A stretch of DNA of 64,000 nucleotides from an uncultured Actinomycetes bacterium (lineage in GTDB: Bacteria > Actinomycetota > UBA4738 > HRBIN12). This document shows positions 1 through 9,746 of this stretch, in pieces. Where the stretch lies: NCBI GenBank assembly GCA_963700855.1, contig CAVOYV010000005.1, positions 242,448 to 306,447 of the forward strand, written 5' to 3'. The position numbers were made by a program, and so were the translations under genes. A model generated the notes under the pieces. That model searched no databases. It saw only the letters and a program-made list of their open reading frames with translations, and was not told the DNA's origin. Within the stretch, counting starts at the first letter, position 1. The number at the start of each line of letters is the position of its first letter.

Positions 1-507
1 CGTGTAGGCGGCCCCGAAGTACGTGTCCCACGTGTCGAGATGCGCGTCGAAGTGCACGAGCGCGACCTGCCCGTACCGAGCGTGGACCGCGCGGAGCAGC
101 GGCAGCGCGATCGTGTGGTCGCCGCCGAGCGCGACCACCGACGGAACGTCGGCGAGCAGCTCGCGGCCGGCAGCTTCGATCTGCGCGATCGCCTCCATCA
201 GGTCGAAGGGGTTCACCCCGACGTCGCCCGCGTCGACAACCTGCTGGGCGAGGAACGGCTCGACGTCGAGCGGCGCGTGGTAGCCGCGGAGCAACCGCGA
301 GCCCGCGCGGATCCCCATCGGCCCGAACCGCGCCCCCGGCCGGTAGGTGACGCCCGAGTCGAACGGCACCCCGAGGATCGCCACGTCGCACGCCGTCACC
401 TCGTCGAGTCGAGGCAGGCGCGCGAAGGTCCCCGGACCCGCGAACCGCGGCACCTTCAACGGATCGATCGGTCCGAGCGGGCGGTCTCCGCCCCCCGAGT
501 ACTCCAT
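1..507 (-). CDS. speB: Agmatinase / ureohydrolase family (runs off window start)
   Basis: Manual translation: [32 protein letters not shown]...[18 protein letters not shown]...[10 protein letters not shown]...VHFDAHLDT, typical arginase-family motifs. Alternative in-frame ATG at 534. Absent from the ORF track. Confidence 0.9.
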   Translation of the reverse strand, partial: MEYSGGGDRPLGPIDPLKVPRFAGPGTFARLPRLDEVTACDVAILGVPFDSGVTYRPGARFGPMGIRAGSRLLRGYHAPLDVEPFLAQQVVDAGDVGVNPFDLMEAIAQIEAAGRELLADVPSVVALGGDHTIALPLLRAVHARYGQVALVHFDAHLDTWDTYFGAAYT

Positions 508-530
508 CGGTCGAGCCCCTTTCCCGTCCA

Positions 531-1589
531 TCATCGGGTACCGCGAGCCGCCGCGCGCGCCGCCCACGTCGCCGCGCGGCGCGAGTACAGCGCGTACGCG
601 ATCGGTCCGGCCGCCACGGCGCCCCAGTACGACACGAGCCGGTACGCGAGGGTCGCCAATGTCGCCTGGGTCGCCGGTACCCCCGCCAGCACCAGGGTCG
701 CGGTCAACCCGGCTTCGACGAAGCCGAGGCCGCCGGGGGTGATCGGGACCATCCCCAGCACGATCCCGGTGACGTAGGCGAGGAGCACGAGCGAGGCGTG
801 CGGCTTCGCCCCGGTCGCGTGGACGGCGGCGAGCAGCGCCAGGTAGTCGAACAGCACGTTGCCGGCCGAGCGCAAGATCGCCTGGCCCCAGCGCTTCCCC
901 AGGGTCTCGCGGACCGCGTCGCGCTCGCGGGTGAGGCGCCCGGGGAGATCGGTGACCCGTGGGCGCCGCCGCGGCACGGCGTTCAGGAGCCGCTGCAGCA
1001 GTGATGCGACGCCTTGGATCGGCCGGTTGGCCAGCAGCAGCACGGCGCCGCCGGACACCAGCAGGACGAACGCACCTACCCCGACCCACACGCCCCGCGC
1101 GAGGCCTTCGTCCACGACGACGACCCCCAGGAGGATCGCTGGCAGCGCCAAGATCGGCATCGCGAACAGCGTCGCCACGTTGATCAGCGACGCCGCGGTG
1201 AGCCCCGTCCCGATCCGGGTGCCGTCCATCCCCCCGCCGACCAGCAGCCGGAACTGCAGCGCGGCCCCCACAGGGTTCCCGCCCGGCACGATCTTGCTCA
1301 CGGCGTTGCCCGCGATCTGCGAGGTCCCGATCAAGAAGTACCGGCGCGACCCGATGCACAAGGCGATCAGCGCCCACATCGACAGGAAGCTCGCTCCTTC
1401 GAGCGCCGCCATCACCACGAACCACACCGGATTCACCTCGGCGAGATCGTCGAACGAGGCGAAGGTGGCAACGAGGGAGGGCCACACGACGTACAGACCG
1501 ACGACCGCGATCACCAGGGCGACGATGCGCCCCGGCGTGACGATCGCGGGGCGGCCGGGCGGGACCGTCGGCGGCAGCGTCTGGGTCAT
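531..1589 (-). CDS. Lysylphosphatidylglycerol synthase TM-domain (YbhN/UPF0104) membrane protein
   Basis: Many TM helices and the motif '[14 protein letters not shown]...LAYRLVSYW'. Start trimmed to MTQTLPP. Confidence 0.85.
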   Translation of the reverse strand: MTQTLPPTVPPGRPAIVTPGRIVALVIAVVGLYVVWPSLVATFASFDDLAEVNPVWFVVMAALEGASFLSMWALIALCIGSRRYFLIGTSQIAGNAVSKIVPGGNPVGAALQFRLLVGGGMDGTRIGTGLTAASLINVATLFAMPILALPAILLGVVVVDEGLARGVWVGVGAFVLLVSGGAVLLLANRPIQGVASLLQRLLNAVPRRRPRVTDLPGRLTRERDAVRETLGKRWGQAILRSAGNVLFDYLALLAAVHATGAKPHASLVLLAYVTGIVLGMVPITPGGLGFVEAGLTATLVLAGVPATQATLATLAYRLVSYWGAVAAGPIAYALYSRRAATWAARAAARGTR

Positions 1590-1627
1590 CCGGTGAAGTC
1601 TGACATCGCTCCCGTAGCATCGACGGC

Positions 1628-2902
1628 ATGAGCCGCAACGAGGAGCTGTTCGCACGAGCCAAGGATGTGATCCCCGGCGGCGTCGACTCGCCCGTCCGCG
1701 CCTTCGGAGCGGTCGGCGGAACGCCCCGCTTCTACGTGAGGGGCGAGGGCGCGTACGTGGAGGACGCCGACGGCGCCCGCTACGTCGACCTCGTGCAGTC
1801 GTGGGGGGCGCTGCTGTTCGGGCACTCCCGTCGCGAGATCGTGGACGCCGCGGTCGAGGCCGCTCGCCGAGGCACCTCGTTCGGGGCGCCCACCGAGGCC
1901 GAGATCGACCTGGCGTCGCGGATCGTCGAGGCCGTCCCCGGGATCGATCGGGTCCGGCTCGTCTCCTCGGGGACCGAGGCCGCCATGAGCGCGATCCGCC
2001 TCGCGCGGGGCGCAACCGGCCGGGACCTCCTCGTCAAGTTCGAGGGCTGCTACCACGGACACTCCGACGCCCTGCTCGCGAAGGGCGGCGGCAGCGGCCT
2101 CGCGACCTTCGGTATCCCGGGCTCGCCCGGCGTCACCGAGGGCGCGGCGAAGGACACGATCACCTCGCCGTACAACGACCTCGAGGCGGTGCGGGGCCTG
2201 TTCGCCGAGCGGGGAGGCGAGATCGCGGTGGTCGCGGTGGAGCCGGTCGCCGCGAACATGGGGGTCGTGCCGCCCGCCCCCGGATTCCTCGAGGGGCTCA
2301 GGGCCCTCTGCGACGAGCACGGCGCGCTGCTCCTGTTCGACGAGGTGATCACCGGGTTCAGGATCGCCTACGGCGGGGCGCAGTCCTTCTACGGCATCAC
2401 GCCCGACCTGACCGCGCTCGGCAAGGTGATGGGTGGCGGGTTCCCGTGCGCGGCCTTCGGCGGGCGTGCCGACGTGATGGACCGGCTCGCCCCCACCGGG
2501 CCCGTGTATCAGGCAGGGACGCTCAGCGGGAACCCGGTCGCGGTCGCGGCAGGGATCGCGGCACTCGACCTGGCGCGCACCTCGGACCCGTACCCCGGGC
2601 TCGAGGCCACCGCCGACCTGCTGATCGACGGCCTGACCGAGCGGTTCGACGCCGCCGGCATCCGGGCCACGGTGAACCGCGCCGGCTCGCTGTTCAGCGT
2701 GTTCTTCACCGACGCCCCGGTCCGGGACTTCGAAGGGGCGAAGGCCGCCGACCACGAGCGGTACGCGCGGTTCTTCCACCACATGCTCGACCACGGCGTG
2801 GCGCTCGCCCCCTCGGGCTACGAGCTGTGGACGCTCGGCACCGCCCACGGACCGGCCGAGGTCGAGCGGGTCCTCGACGCCGCCGGTTCGTTCGCCGCCT
2901 AG
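1628..2902 (+). CDS. hemL: Glutamate-1-semialdehyde 2,1-aminomutase
   Basis: [61 protein letters not shown]. Confidence 0.97.
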   Translation: MSRNEELFARAKDVIPGGVDSPVRAFGAVGGTPRFYVRGEGAYVEDADGARYVDLVQSWGALLFGHSRREIVDAAVEAARRGTSFGAPTEAEIDLASRIVEAVPGIDRVRLVSSGTEAAMSAIRLARGATGRDLLVKFEGCYHGHSDALLAKGGGSGLATFGIPGSPGVTEGAAKDTITSPYNDLEAVRGLFAERGGEIAVVAVEPVAANMGVVPPAPGFLEGLRALCDEHGALLLFDEVITGFRIAYGGAQSFYGITPDLTALGKVMGGGFPCAAFGGRADVMDRLAPTGPVYQAGTLSGNPVAVAAGIAALDLARTSDPYPGLEATADLLIDGLTERFDAAGIRATVNRAGSLFSVFFTDAPVRDFEGAKAADHERYARFFHHMLDHGVALAPSGYELWTLGTAHGPAEVERVLDAAGSFAA

Positions 2903-3339
2903 GCCGCGGCGGCGGCGAGCAACTCCAGCACGACGGGCACGTCCTCGTCGGGCAGGGCCAGGCAGAACGTCCCGATCACCTGCCCGTCGAAGGCGTGGGT
3001 CGGCGCGACCCGGCATCGCACCTGCCCGAGCGGCCCATCGATCGTGAAGCGGCCCTCGTCGCCGCCGAGGGCGGCCGTGTGCGCCTCCAGGACCGCGAGG
3101 TTCGTCCCCTCGATACCGAACATCGCGAGCAGGTCCTCGCCCTCGCAGATCCGCGGATCGAGCCCCAGGACGAGGCCCGCCTCGTAGCTCACGGTGCGGA
3201 AGCGAAGGTCGAGGTCGGTCGACCATAGGAAGGTGCCCTTGACCTCAGGCTCCTCGTCCACCCACGTCGCAGGTATCCAGCGCTGCGGATCCACGACGTC
3301 GGTGATGCCGATCAGTTCCCACTGTCGCAACGCGCTCAT
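2899..3339 (-). CDS. Small stand-alone PAS-fold-like protein
   Basis: 'FLWSTDLDLRF...RVAPTHAFDGQVIGTFCLA' resembles the PAS beta-strand pattern. Purine-rich RBS GAAGAGGGG upstream. Confidence 0.55.
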   Translation of the reverse strand: MSALRQWELIGITDVVDPQRWIPATWVDEEPEVKGTFLWSTDLDLRFRTVSYEAGLVLGLDPRICEGEDLLAMFGIEGTNLAVLEAHTAALGGDEGRFTIDGPLGQVRCRVAPTHAFDGQVIGTFCLALPDEDVPVVLELLAAAAA

Positions 3340-3470
3340 CCCCCTCTTCGCTGCCCGCGGTGGGATCTGCTCCCGGGGTCCTCCAGGACCCTCTACCTGT
3401 TTTCGGGTACCGGGCGACGGACCTTGAGCCCCGGCTGCGTGAGGGATGTGTGAGTAGTCTCGGGGCGGTC

Positions 3471-4370
3471 ATGGAGGCGCTCGATCGGTACCTGGAGCAG
3501 ACGGCTGCGCGCTTCGGCGACGAGGCCGACGGCTGGATCGCCGGCGCCCCCACGCTGCTCGGACGGCTCCAGGAGCGCTGGGAGCTGGAGCTCGACGACC
3601 CTGATGATGACGTCTCAGGAGCGCTCCGGATCCCCGCGACGCGAGCGGGAACACAGCCGGTCCTGCTGAAGCTCGCCTACCCCGACGGGTGGTTCACCGA
3701 GGAGGTCGCGGCGCTCGTCCATTGGGACGGCCGCGGCATCACCTCCTTGATCGATCACGACCCCCTGGGCGCACAGCTGCTCGAGCGACCCGAGCCCGGC
3801 ACCCGGCTCAGCGAGGAGGACGACGAGGACGCCTCGCTCGGCCACGCGGTCGGGGTGGCGGAGCGGCTGTGGATCGCCGACCCCGGCGGCATCACGTCGC
3901 TGTCGTCGGAGGCCACGGAGTGGGGACGCACGATGGCGGGCCGGCACCACCTGGTCGGGCGGCCGTTCGAGCGGGCGCTGGTGCACGAGGCCGCGACGTC
4001 GTTCCGCGAGCTCGTGCCCACACAGGCGGAGACCGTCCTGCTCCACGGCGACCTGCGGCGCGACACGGTGGTCGCGGCCCGTGGCGGCCTGTGGCTCGCG
4101 GTCGACCCCAAGCCCCTCGTCGGTGAGCGCGCCTTCGACGCCGCGTCGCTCGTGCGTGACGTCGGGACCGCCGACGTCGCCGACATCTCGAAGGAGCAGC
4201 TGACGCACCGCGTCGAGGTCCTCAGCGAGCGGTGCTCGCTCGACCCGGATCGGCTCCGGAGATGGGCGATCGCGTCCGCGGCCGACCAGGCCCTGTGGTC
4301 GTTCGAGGGCGGGGACACCGCGGGCGGCGAGCGTCAGGCGCAGGTGGCGCGGTTGCTCCGCGAGCGGTAG
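3471..4370 (+). CDS. Aminoglycoside phosphotransferase APH(6)/hydroxyurea-resistance kinase-like protein
   Basis: VLLKL, E-x-AL-x-HWDGRG, LLER, LLHGDL, WLAVDPKPLVGERAFD. Confidence 0.8.
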   Translation: MEALDRYLEQTAARFGDEADGWIAGAPTLLGRLQERWELELDDPDDDVSGALRIPATRAGTQPVLLKLAYPDGWFTEEVAALVHWDGRGITSLIDHDPLGAQLLERPEPGTRLSEEDDEDASLGHAVGVAERLWIADPGGITSLSSEATEWGRTMAGRHHLVGRPFERALVHEAATSFRELVPTQAETVLLHGDLRRDTVVAARGGLWLAVDPKPLVGERAFDAASLVRDVGTADVADISKEQLTHRVEVLSERCSLDPDRLRRWAIASAADQALWSFEGGDTAGGERQAQVARLLRER

Positions 4371-4371
4371 A

Positions 4372-4977
4372 TCAGCGCCCGGCGAGCCCCGACACGAGCG
4401 TGTCGAGGACGCCCTTCGTCAGCCGGTCGGCTTCGCGCGAGCCGACGACGTCGTCCCGCAAGGGACCGTCCACGAGCAGCATCGCGAGACCGTGGACCAT
4501 CGACCACGCGGCGAGCGCCTGCTCCTCCACCGGCGGGCCGGCCGATACCTCGCCCGCGTCGCGCGCCCGCTCGAGCGCGCGGAACAGCGGCTGGTACGAC
4601 GCCTCGCCGGCCTCCTCCACCTCGTCGCCGGCGCCCTCGCGAAGCTCGGGGCGCCACAGCAGCTTGAACCGCTCGGGGTCTTCCCGCGCGAACCGCACGT
4701 ACGCCAGACCGAGCGCCCGCACGGTCGCGAGCGGTCCGCCCCGCGCCCGTGCGGCCGCTCGCTCCATCGCTCGCAGCAGATCGTCGAAGCCCTGGATCAC
4801 CACGGCGGCCACGAGCGCAGAGCGATCGCGGAAGTGGTGGTAGGGGGCGTTGTGGGAAACGCCCGCCCGCCGAGCCACCTCGCGCAACGTGAAGCCGTCC
4901 ACACCCCGCTCGCGGACCAACCCCATCGTGGCCTCGAGCAGCACCGGCCGCAGATCCCCGTGGTGGTAGCTCGCCAT
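4372..4977 (-). CDS. TetR-family regulator (WHG-type C-terminal domain)
   Basis: YHHGDLR...TLREVARRAGVSHNAPYHHF helix-turn-helix; AWSMVHGLA motif. Confidence 0.92.
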   Translation of the reverse strand: MASYHHGDLRPVLLEATMGLVRERGVDGFTLREVARRAGVSHNAPYHHFRDRSALVAAVVIQGFDDLLRAMERAAARARGGPLATVRALGLAYVRFAREDPERFKLLWRPELREGAGDEVEEAGEASYQPLFRALERARDAGEVSAGPPVEEQALAAWSMVHGLAMLLVDGPLRDDVVGSREADRLTKGVLDTLVSGLAGR

Positions 4978-5000
4978 CACCGGCAGCGTCGCAGGCGAAC

Positions 5001-5041
5001 TTGACAGTGTCAACTTCTGTTCGATAGGTTGACACTGTCCA
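5001..5041. promoter_or_regulatory. Pair of palindromic TetR-type operators in a divergent promoter
   Basis: TTGACAGTGTCAA (5001-5013) and TTGACACTGTCCA (5029-5041) lie between tetR and the epimerase gene. Confidence 0.75.
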
Positions 5042-5057
5042 GATGAGAGAGGAGACG

Positions 5058-6011
5058 ATGATGACCGAGCGGCACGTGGTCCTGGGAGCGAGCGGGGGGA
5101 CCGGAAGCGCGGTCGTGCGGGCGCTTGCCGAGACAGGCGCTCAGGTCCGGGCGGTGAACAGGCGTGGCGACGCGCCGGTCCCCGACGGGGTCGAGCGGCT
5201 CGCGGCCGACGTGGCCACCGCGGAGGGGGCGCGCTCCGCGGTCGCCGGAGCGAGCGTCGTCTATCACTGCGCCCAGCCCGAGTACGTCCGTTGGGCGCAG
5301 GAGTTCCCGGGGCTCAACCGCACGATCGTCGACGCGGTCGAGGCGGAGGGCGCGAAGCTCGTGCTCGCGGACAACGTGTACATGTACGACCCGGCGGCGG
5401 GACCGATCTCGGAGTCGTCCCCGCCGATGTCGACGACCTCGCTGGGGCGCCTGCGGCGCGAGATGGCCGACGAACTGCTCGAGCGTCACCGTCAGGGACG
5501 GCTCCGCGTCACGATCGGCCGGTCGAGCGACTACTACGGGCCGTTCGGCACCGGGACCTTCCTGGGCGACCGCCTGTTCGAGGCGATCATCGCCGGTCGC
5601 AAGGCCCAGTGGATGAGCGCGCTCGACGTCCCCCACACGTGCAGCTACCTGCCGGACACGGGCCGGGCCCTCGTGACGCTGGGTGAGCGCCCCGAAGCCG
5701 ACGGGCGCCCATGGATCCTGCCGGCCGCCGAGCCTCTCACGGGGGCGACGTTCATCGAGCGCGCCGGCCAGATCGCGGGAACGTCGCCGAGGGCCGGGGT
5801 CATCACCCCGACGATGATGCGGATCGCCGGCCTGTTCGTGCCGCTGCTGCGGTCGTACCGCGACATGACCTACCAGTGGACGACCCCGTTCGTCCTCGAC
5901 GCGAGCGCGTTCCAGGAGACCTTCGGGCCGCTCGAGGTCACCGCGCACGACGACGCGCTCGCCGCGACGATCGACTGGTTCCGTGCGAAGACCGCCGAGA
6001 CGGCTGCCTAG
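5058..6011 (+). CDS. NAD-dependent epimerase/dehydratase (extended SDR) family protein
   Basis: VVLGASGGTG Rossmann motif, DNVYMY, RSSDYYGP; RBS GAGGAG. Confidence 0.88.
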   Translation: MMTERHVVLGASGGTGSAVVRALAETGAQVRAVNRRGDAPVPDGVERLAADVATAEGARSAVAGASVVYHCAQPEYVRWAQEFPGLNRTIVDAVEAEGAKLVLADNVYMYDPAAGPISESSPPMSTTSLGRLRREMADELLERHRQGRLRVTIGRSSDYYGPFGTGTFLGDRLFEAIIAGRKAQWMSALDVPHTCSYLPDTGRALVTLGERPEADGRPWILPAAEPLTGATFIERAGQIAGTSPRAGVITPTMMRIAGLFVPLLRSYRDMTYQWTTPFVLDASAFQETFGPLEVTAHDDALAATIDWFRAKTAETAA

Positions 6012-8005
6012 GAGCCGCTGAGCTCGCACCGGCCCAGCCGTCGCTGCGGCCCACCGTCGAACACGATCAGCTCCGCCTCGACCGCGAGGCACGCGAGCTC
6101 GCCCGTGTCGACACCACGCGCCCACGCGACGAGCTCGGCCCAGCGCGCGGGATCGGGCTCGTCCGGGTAGGCGAGCGACAGATGCGGGATCCACCCGTTC
6201 GCGCCGATCGGGTCGGAGTATCCGGCGGGCAGACCTGCCGCGGTGGCACGCGCCCAGAGGTCGGCGAGCGCGGGGATCGGCGCGAGCCGGACGAACGGCA
6301 CATCTTCGTCCCCCTCGAACACGTCGAGGGCGGCCGCACGCAGCTCGATCGGGGGGCTCGCGGCGGCCCACCCGGCCACGACCTCCGCGATCCGCTCCTC
6401 GTCGGGTGGCGCGATCGGGGAACCCTCCGACCCGAACGCCTTCAGCGTGACGTGGGCCGCGGGGACGATCGCACGTACGCCGCCCAGCCGGTCGAGCGCC
6501 TCCCCCTGCCACCGCGCGAACGCATCGGCCAGGTCACCGGTCGGCCGCAGGATGACGTAGGCGGTGCCGGCGGCCAGGCGTAGCCGCTCCGGATCGGTGA
6601 TCACGGGCTCATCGCTCGGCCGTGATCGATCCGTCAGGTCGAGCCACTGGACGCGGCCGTCGTAGGCAAGACCGAGTTCGGCCCGCACGAGGCCCTCGGC
6701 CGTCTCGAACGTTCCCCGCATCGGGGTCTCGGCCTCGACCGATCCGACGGTCAGCGGGCCGTGCCGGGTCACCAGTTCGGCGGCCTCACGGGCTCGCCGT
6801 TCGTAGGGCTCGTCGAGCGCCACGTTATCGGTGAACAGCGCGTCGGCGGCCGCGTCGGACCACGACGTCAGGAGGGCGGCCGCCCGGTCGGCGGCCTCGC
6901 GGAGCGCGGGGGCATCGGGCGGCCGCCCGGGCCCGAGCTCGCCGAGGTCGGCCAGCACGTCGATCGCCTCGTCGCAGGCGGCCGTCATCGCGCCGTAGGT
7001 CACGTTCGACAGGGCGACGACGCCCACCCCGTGCTCGGGTACCCACCGCATGTGCGACCCGTAGCCGGGAAGCCCGCCGCTGTGCCCGACCACGTGCCCC
7101 AGCCGTGGGTCGTGGCGGACCGCGAGCCCGATCCCGTAGCCGTACGCGATCGTCCGCGAAGGGCCGTCCGGTCGCGGACGGCCCGATCGCACGTCGTCGA
7201 CGCGGCGCATCTGCTGCATCTCGCGCCGCGCCCACCGGGGCAGCGGTCCGTCGTCGGGGTCGTCGCGTGGCGGCCAGGCGTCCTGGAAGAACCCGATCCA
7301 CGTCGCCAGGTCGCGCACCGTCGACCAGAGCCCGCCCATCGGGGCGATCGCGCCGTCGCCGACCGGCTCGCCGTCGTGACGCCACCCGTCGTCGACCCAC
7401 CGGTAGGGCTCGGCGACCGGGCCACCATCTGGTCGGGTCCATGTGGTGGACGTCATCCCGAGCGGCTCGAGCAGCCGGGTCCGGACGAGCTCCTGGGTCC
7501 TGACGCCGGCGACGCGCTCGATCACGCGGCCCACGAGACCCCAACCGAGGTTCGCGTACTCGAACCGTGTCCCCGGGGTCCAGGCGAACCTAGCGCCGGC
7601 GGCGATGAGCGCGTCCATCCGCTCGGCGGTCATGTCGTTGTGGCGGTCGGCCCACGCGTCGTCGTTCGGGAGGCCCGACTCCATCGATACGAGGTGCCGG
7701 ACCGTGATCGGCGGGCCGTCGGCGGTCGGGCCGCGCCACGGCGCGAACTCGGGGAGGTAGGTGGCGACCGGCTCGTCCAGGCGGACCCGACCCTCGACGA
7801 CCAGCGTCATCAGCGCGGCGCCGGTGAACGACTTGGTCATCGAGGCGATCCGGAAGACCGAGTCGACGTCGACCGGGACGTCCTCGCCGGCCCGCAGTGT
7901 CCCGACGCCGCCGGCCTCGACGAGCACACCGTTCCGCACGAGCCCCCAGGCCAGTCCCGGCGCATGGGTCCGGACCGCCCACCGCTCGAATACGTCGCCG
8001 ATCAC
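6008..8005 (-). CDS. Serine hydrolase (beta-lactamase class C-like) fused to a C-terminal 2H phosphoesterase (LigT-like) domain
   Basis: FRIASMTKSF (SxxK), YAN, HSGG; C-terminal HVT and HLS motifs. GTG start overlaps the sulP stop (GTGA). Confidence 0.82.
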   Translation of the reverse strand: MIGDVFERWAVRTHAPGLAWGLVRNGVLVEAGGVGTLRAGEDVPVDVDSVFRIASMTKSFTGAALMTLVVEGRVRLDEPVATYLPEFAPWRGPTADGPPITVRHLVSMESGLPNDDAWADRHNDMTAERMDALIAAGARFAWTPGTRFEYANLGWGLVGRVIERVAGVRTQELVRTRLLEPLGMTSTTWTRPDGGPVAEPYRWVDDGWRHDGEPVGDGAIAPMGGLWSTVRDLATWIGFFQDAWPPRDDPDDGPLPRWARREMQQMRRVDDVRSGRPRPDGPSRTIAYGYGIGLAVRHDPRLGHVVGHSGGLPGYGSHMRWVPEHGVGVVALSNVTYGAMTAACDEAIDVLADLGELGPGRPPDAPALREAADRAAALLTSWSDAAADALFTDNVALDEPYERRAREAAELVTRHGPLTVGSVEAETPMRGTFETAEGLVRAELGLAYDGRVQWLDLTDRSRPSDEPVITDPERLRLAAGTAYVILRPTGDLADAFARWQGEALDRLGGVRAIVPAAHVTLKAFGSEGSPIAPPDEERIAEVVAGWAAASPPIELRAAALDVFEGDEDVPFVRLAPIPALADLWARATAAGLPAGYSDPIGANGWIPHLSLAYPDEPDPARWAELVAWARGVDTGELACLAVEAELIVFDGGPQRRLGRCELSGS

Positions 8006-9723
8006 GGTCCGTGCCCCCGGCGCCCTCGTTCCTCCCAGTCGACCCACTCGACCTCGGCGGCGCGGACGTAGGCGTCGACCGCGGTCCCCATCGTCGGGAA
8101 GAAGCGGTCCGTCCCCACCCGGTCGAACAGCCCGTAGCGGCGCAGGTGGTCCTTGACGGGATCCTTCATCTCGGCGAACGCGAGCGTGATGCCCTGCGCG
8201 TCGAACTCCTCGAGCAGGTCCTCCAGCACGATCGCAGCGGTGGTGTCGACGTCGGTGATCGGCTCGGCCGCGATCACGATCCACCGCGTGCCCGGCTCCT
8301 CCGCCACGCGGCGGCGCAGCTCGGCGCGGAAGTGGTTCGCGTTCGCGAAGAACAAGGGCGCGTCGAACCGGAACAGCAACAGCCCGGGGACAGTCCGGGC
8401 GTCGGGGAACCGGTCACGATCGTGGTAGCCCTTCAGCTCGTCGACCCGTCCGAGGACCGTGTCGTACGGGCGCCAAGCCCGCCGGACGAAGTCGCCAAGC
8501 GACAGGACGATCGCCACGAACACCCCGGCGAGTACGCCGAGGAACAGCACGCCGAGGAACGCGGCGAGCCACAGCACGAACTCGGCTCGCCGGATCCGCC
8601 AGAGCGTCCGGATCTCGTGGACGTCGATCAGCCGGACCGCCGCAGCCACGACGACCGCGCCCAGGACCGCCTGCGGCAGGTCCTTCAACAGCTCCGGCGC
8701 GGCGATCAGGAGCACGGCGACCGCCGCCGCCCCCACGAGCGGCGTCAGCTGGGACCGGGCGCCCGCCTGGATCGCGACCGGCGTCCGCGAGGCGCTCGAA
8801 CTGATCGGGAAACCCTGGAAGAACCCGGTGGCGACGTTCGCCGCGCCCAGCGCGAACAGCTCCTGGTCGGCGTCGACCTCCTCGTTGCGCTGCATCGCGA
8901 GCGATTGCGACAACACGCTCGTGTCGGCGATCGCGACGAGCGCGATGCCGAGCGCAGCGGGCAGGATCCGCGTGAGCGCCTCCAGGTCCACGGTCGGCAC
9001 GGCGAACGTCGGCAGCCCCTGCGGCAGCGGCCCCACGGTGACCACGGCCAGATCGAAGACCGTGACGGCCGCGATCCCACCGAGGACCACGACGAGCGCG
9101 CCCGGCCACCTCGGGAACCACCGCTGGATGGCCGCGAGCACCACGAGCGCGCCCGCGCTCACGAGCAGGGCCTGCGAGTTCACGTAGCCGTCGCCGATCG
9201 CCTCGACGATCTGCCCGACCTGCTCGCCGATCCCGTCGCCCCCGACCGAGAAGCCGAGCATCTTCGGGATCTGCCCGACGATGATCGTGAGCGCGATGCC
9301 GGTCAGGTACCCGACGCGCGCCGGGCGCGACAGCAGCTCGGTGACGAACCCCAGCCGCAGGACCCCGGTGAGCCCGATCACGAGCCCGGTGACGATCGCG
9401 AGGACGCCGGCGACCTCGACCGCGCGCTCGAAGGAGCCGCCGGCCAGCAGCGCGATGACCGCCGCGATCACGGGGGCGAGCGAGGAGTCCGGCCCGAGCA
9501 CCATGACCCGAGAGGGGCCGAAGATCGCGTAGGCGGCGAGCGGCACGATCGTCGCGTACAGCCCGTTGATCGGAGGCAGGCCGGCGGCCTGCGCGTAGCC
9601 CATCCCGACCGGCACCAGGAACGCCGCGAGCACGAGGCCGGCGAGCAGGTCGTGACCGAGCCACGCGCGCCGGTATGTCCGCAGGGTGCCCCAGCCGGGC
9701 ACCCACCGGGTTCGCGCATCCAC
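8002..9723 (-). CDS. SulP-family anion transporter with STAS domain
   Basis: DLLAGLVL...PVGMGYAQAAGLPPINGLY, GFPISSSASRT, RFDAPLFFANA, DVDTTA. Confidence 0.95.
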   Translation of the reverse strand: MDARTRWVPGWGTLRTYRRAWLGHDLLAGLVLAAFLVPVGMGYAQAAGLPPINGLYATIVPLAAYAIFGPSRVMVLGPDSSLAPVIAAVIALLAGGSFERAVEVAGVLAIVTGLVIGLTGVLRLGFVTELLSRPARVGYLTGIALTIIVGQIPKMLGFSVGGDGIGEQVGQIVEAIGDGYVNSQALLVSAGALVVLAAIQRWFPRWPGALVVVLGGIAAVTVFDLAVVTVGPLPQGLPTFAVPTVDLEALTRILPAALGIALVAIADTSVLSQSLAMQRNEEVDADQELFALGAANVATGFFQGFPISSSASRTPVAIQAGARSQLTPLVGAAAVAVLLIAAPELLKDLPQAVLGAVVVAAAVRLIDVHEIRTLWRIRRAEFVLWLAAFLGVLFLGVLAGVFVAIVLSLGDFVRRAWRPYDTVLGRVDELKGYHDRDRFPDARTVPGLLLFRFDAPLFFANANHFRAELRRRVAEEPGTRWIVIAAEPITDVDTTAAIVLEDLLEEFDAQGITLAFAEMKDPVKDHLRRYGLFDRVGTDRFFPTMGTAVDAYVRAAEVEWVDWEERGRRGHGP

Positions 9724-9746
9724 GCGCGAACCCTACCGGCCCCCGG

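Noticed and set aside
3471-4370. Calling this a bona fide streptomycin resistance gene (strB/aph(6))
   Set aside because: Only family-level similarity, the catalytic Asn is missing, and there is no mobile context
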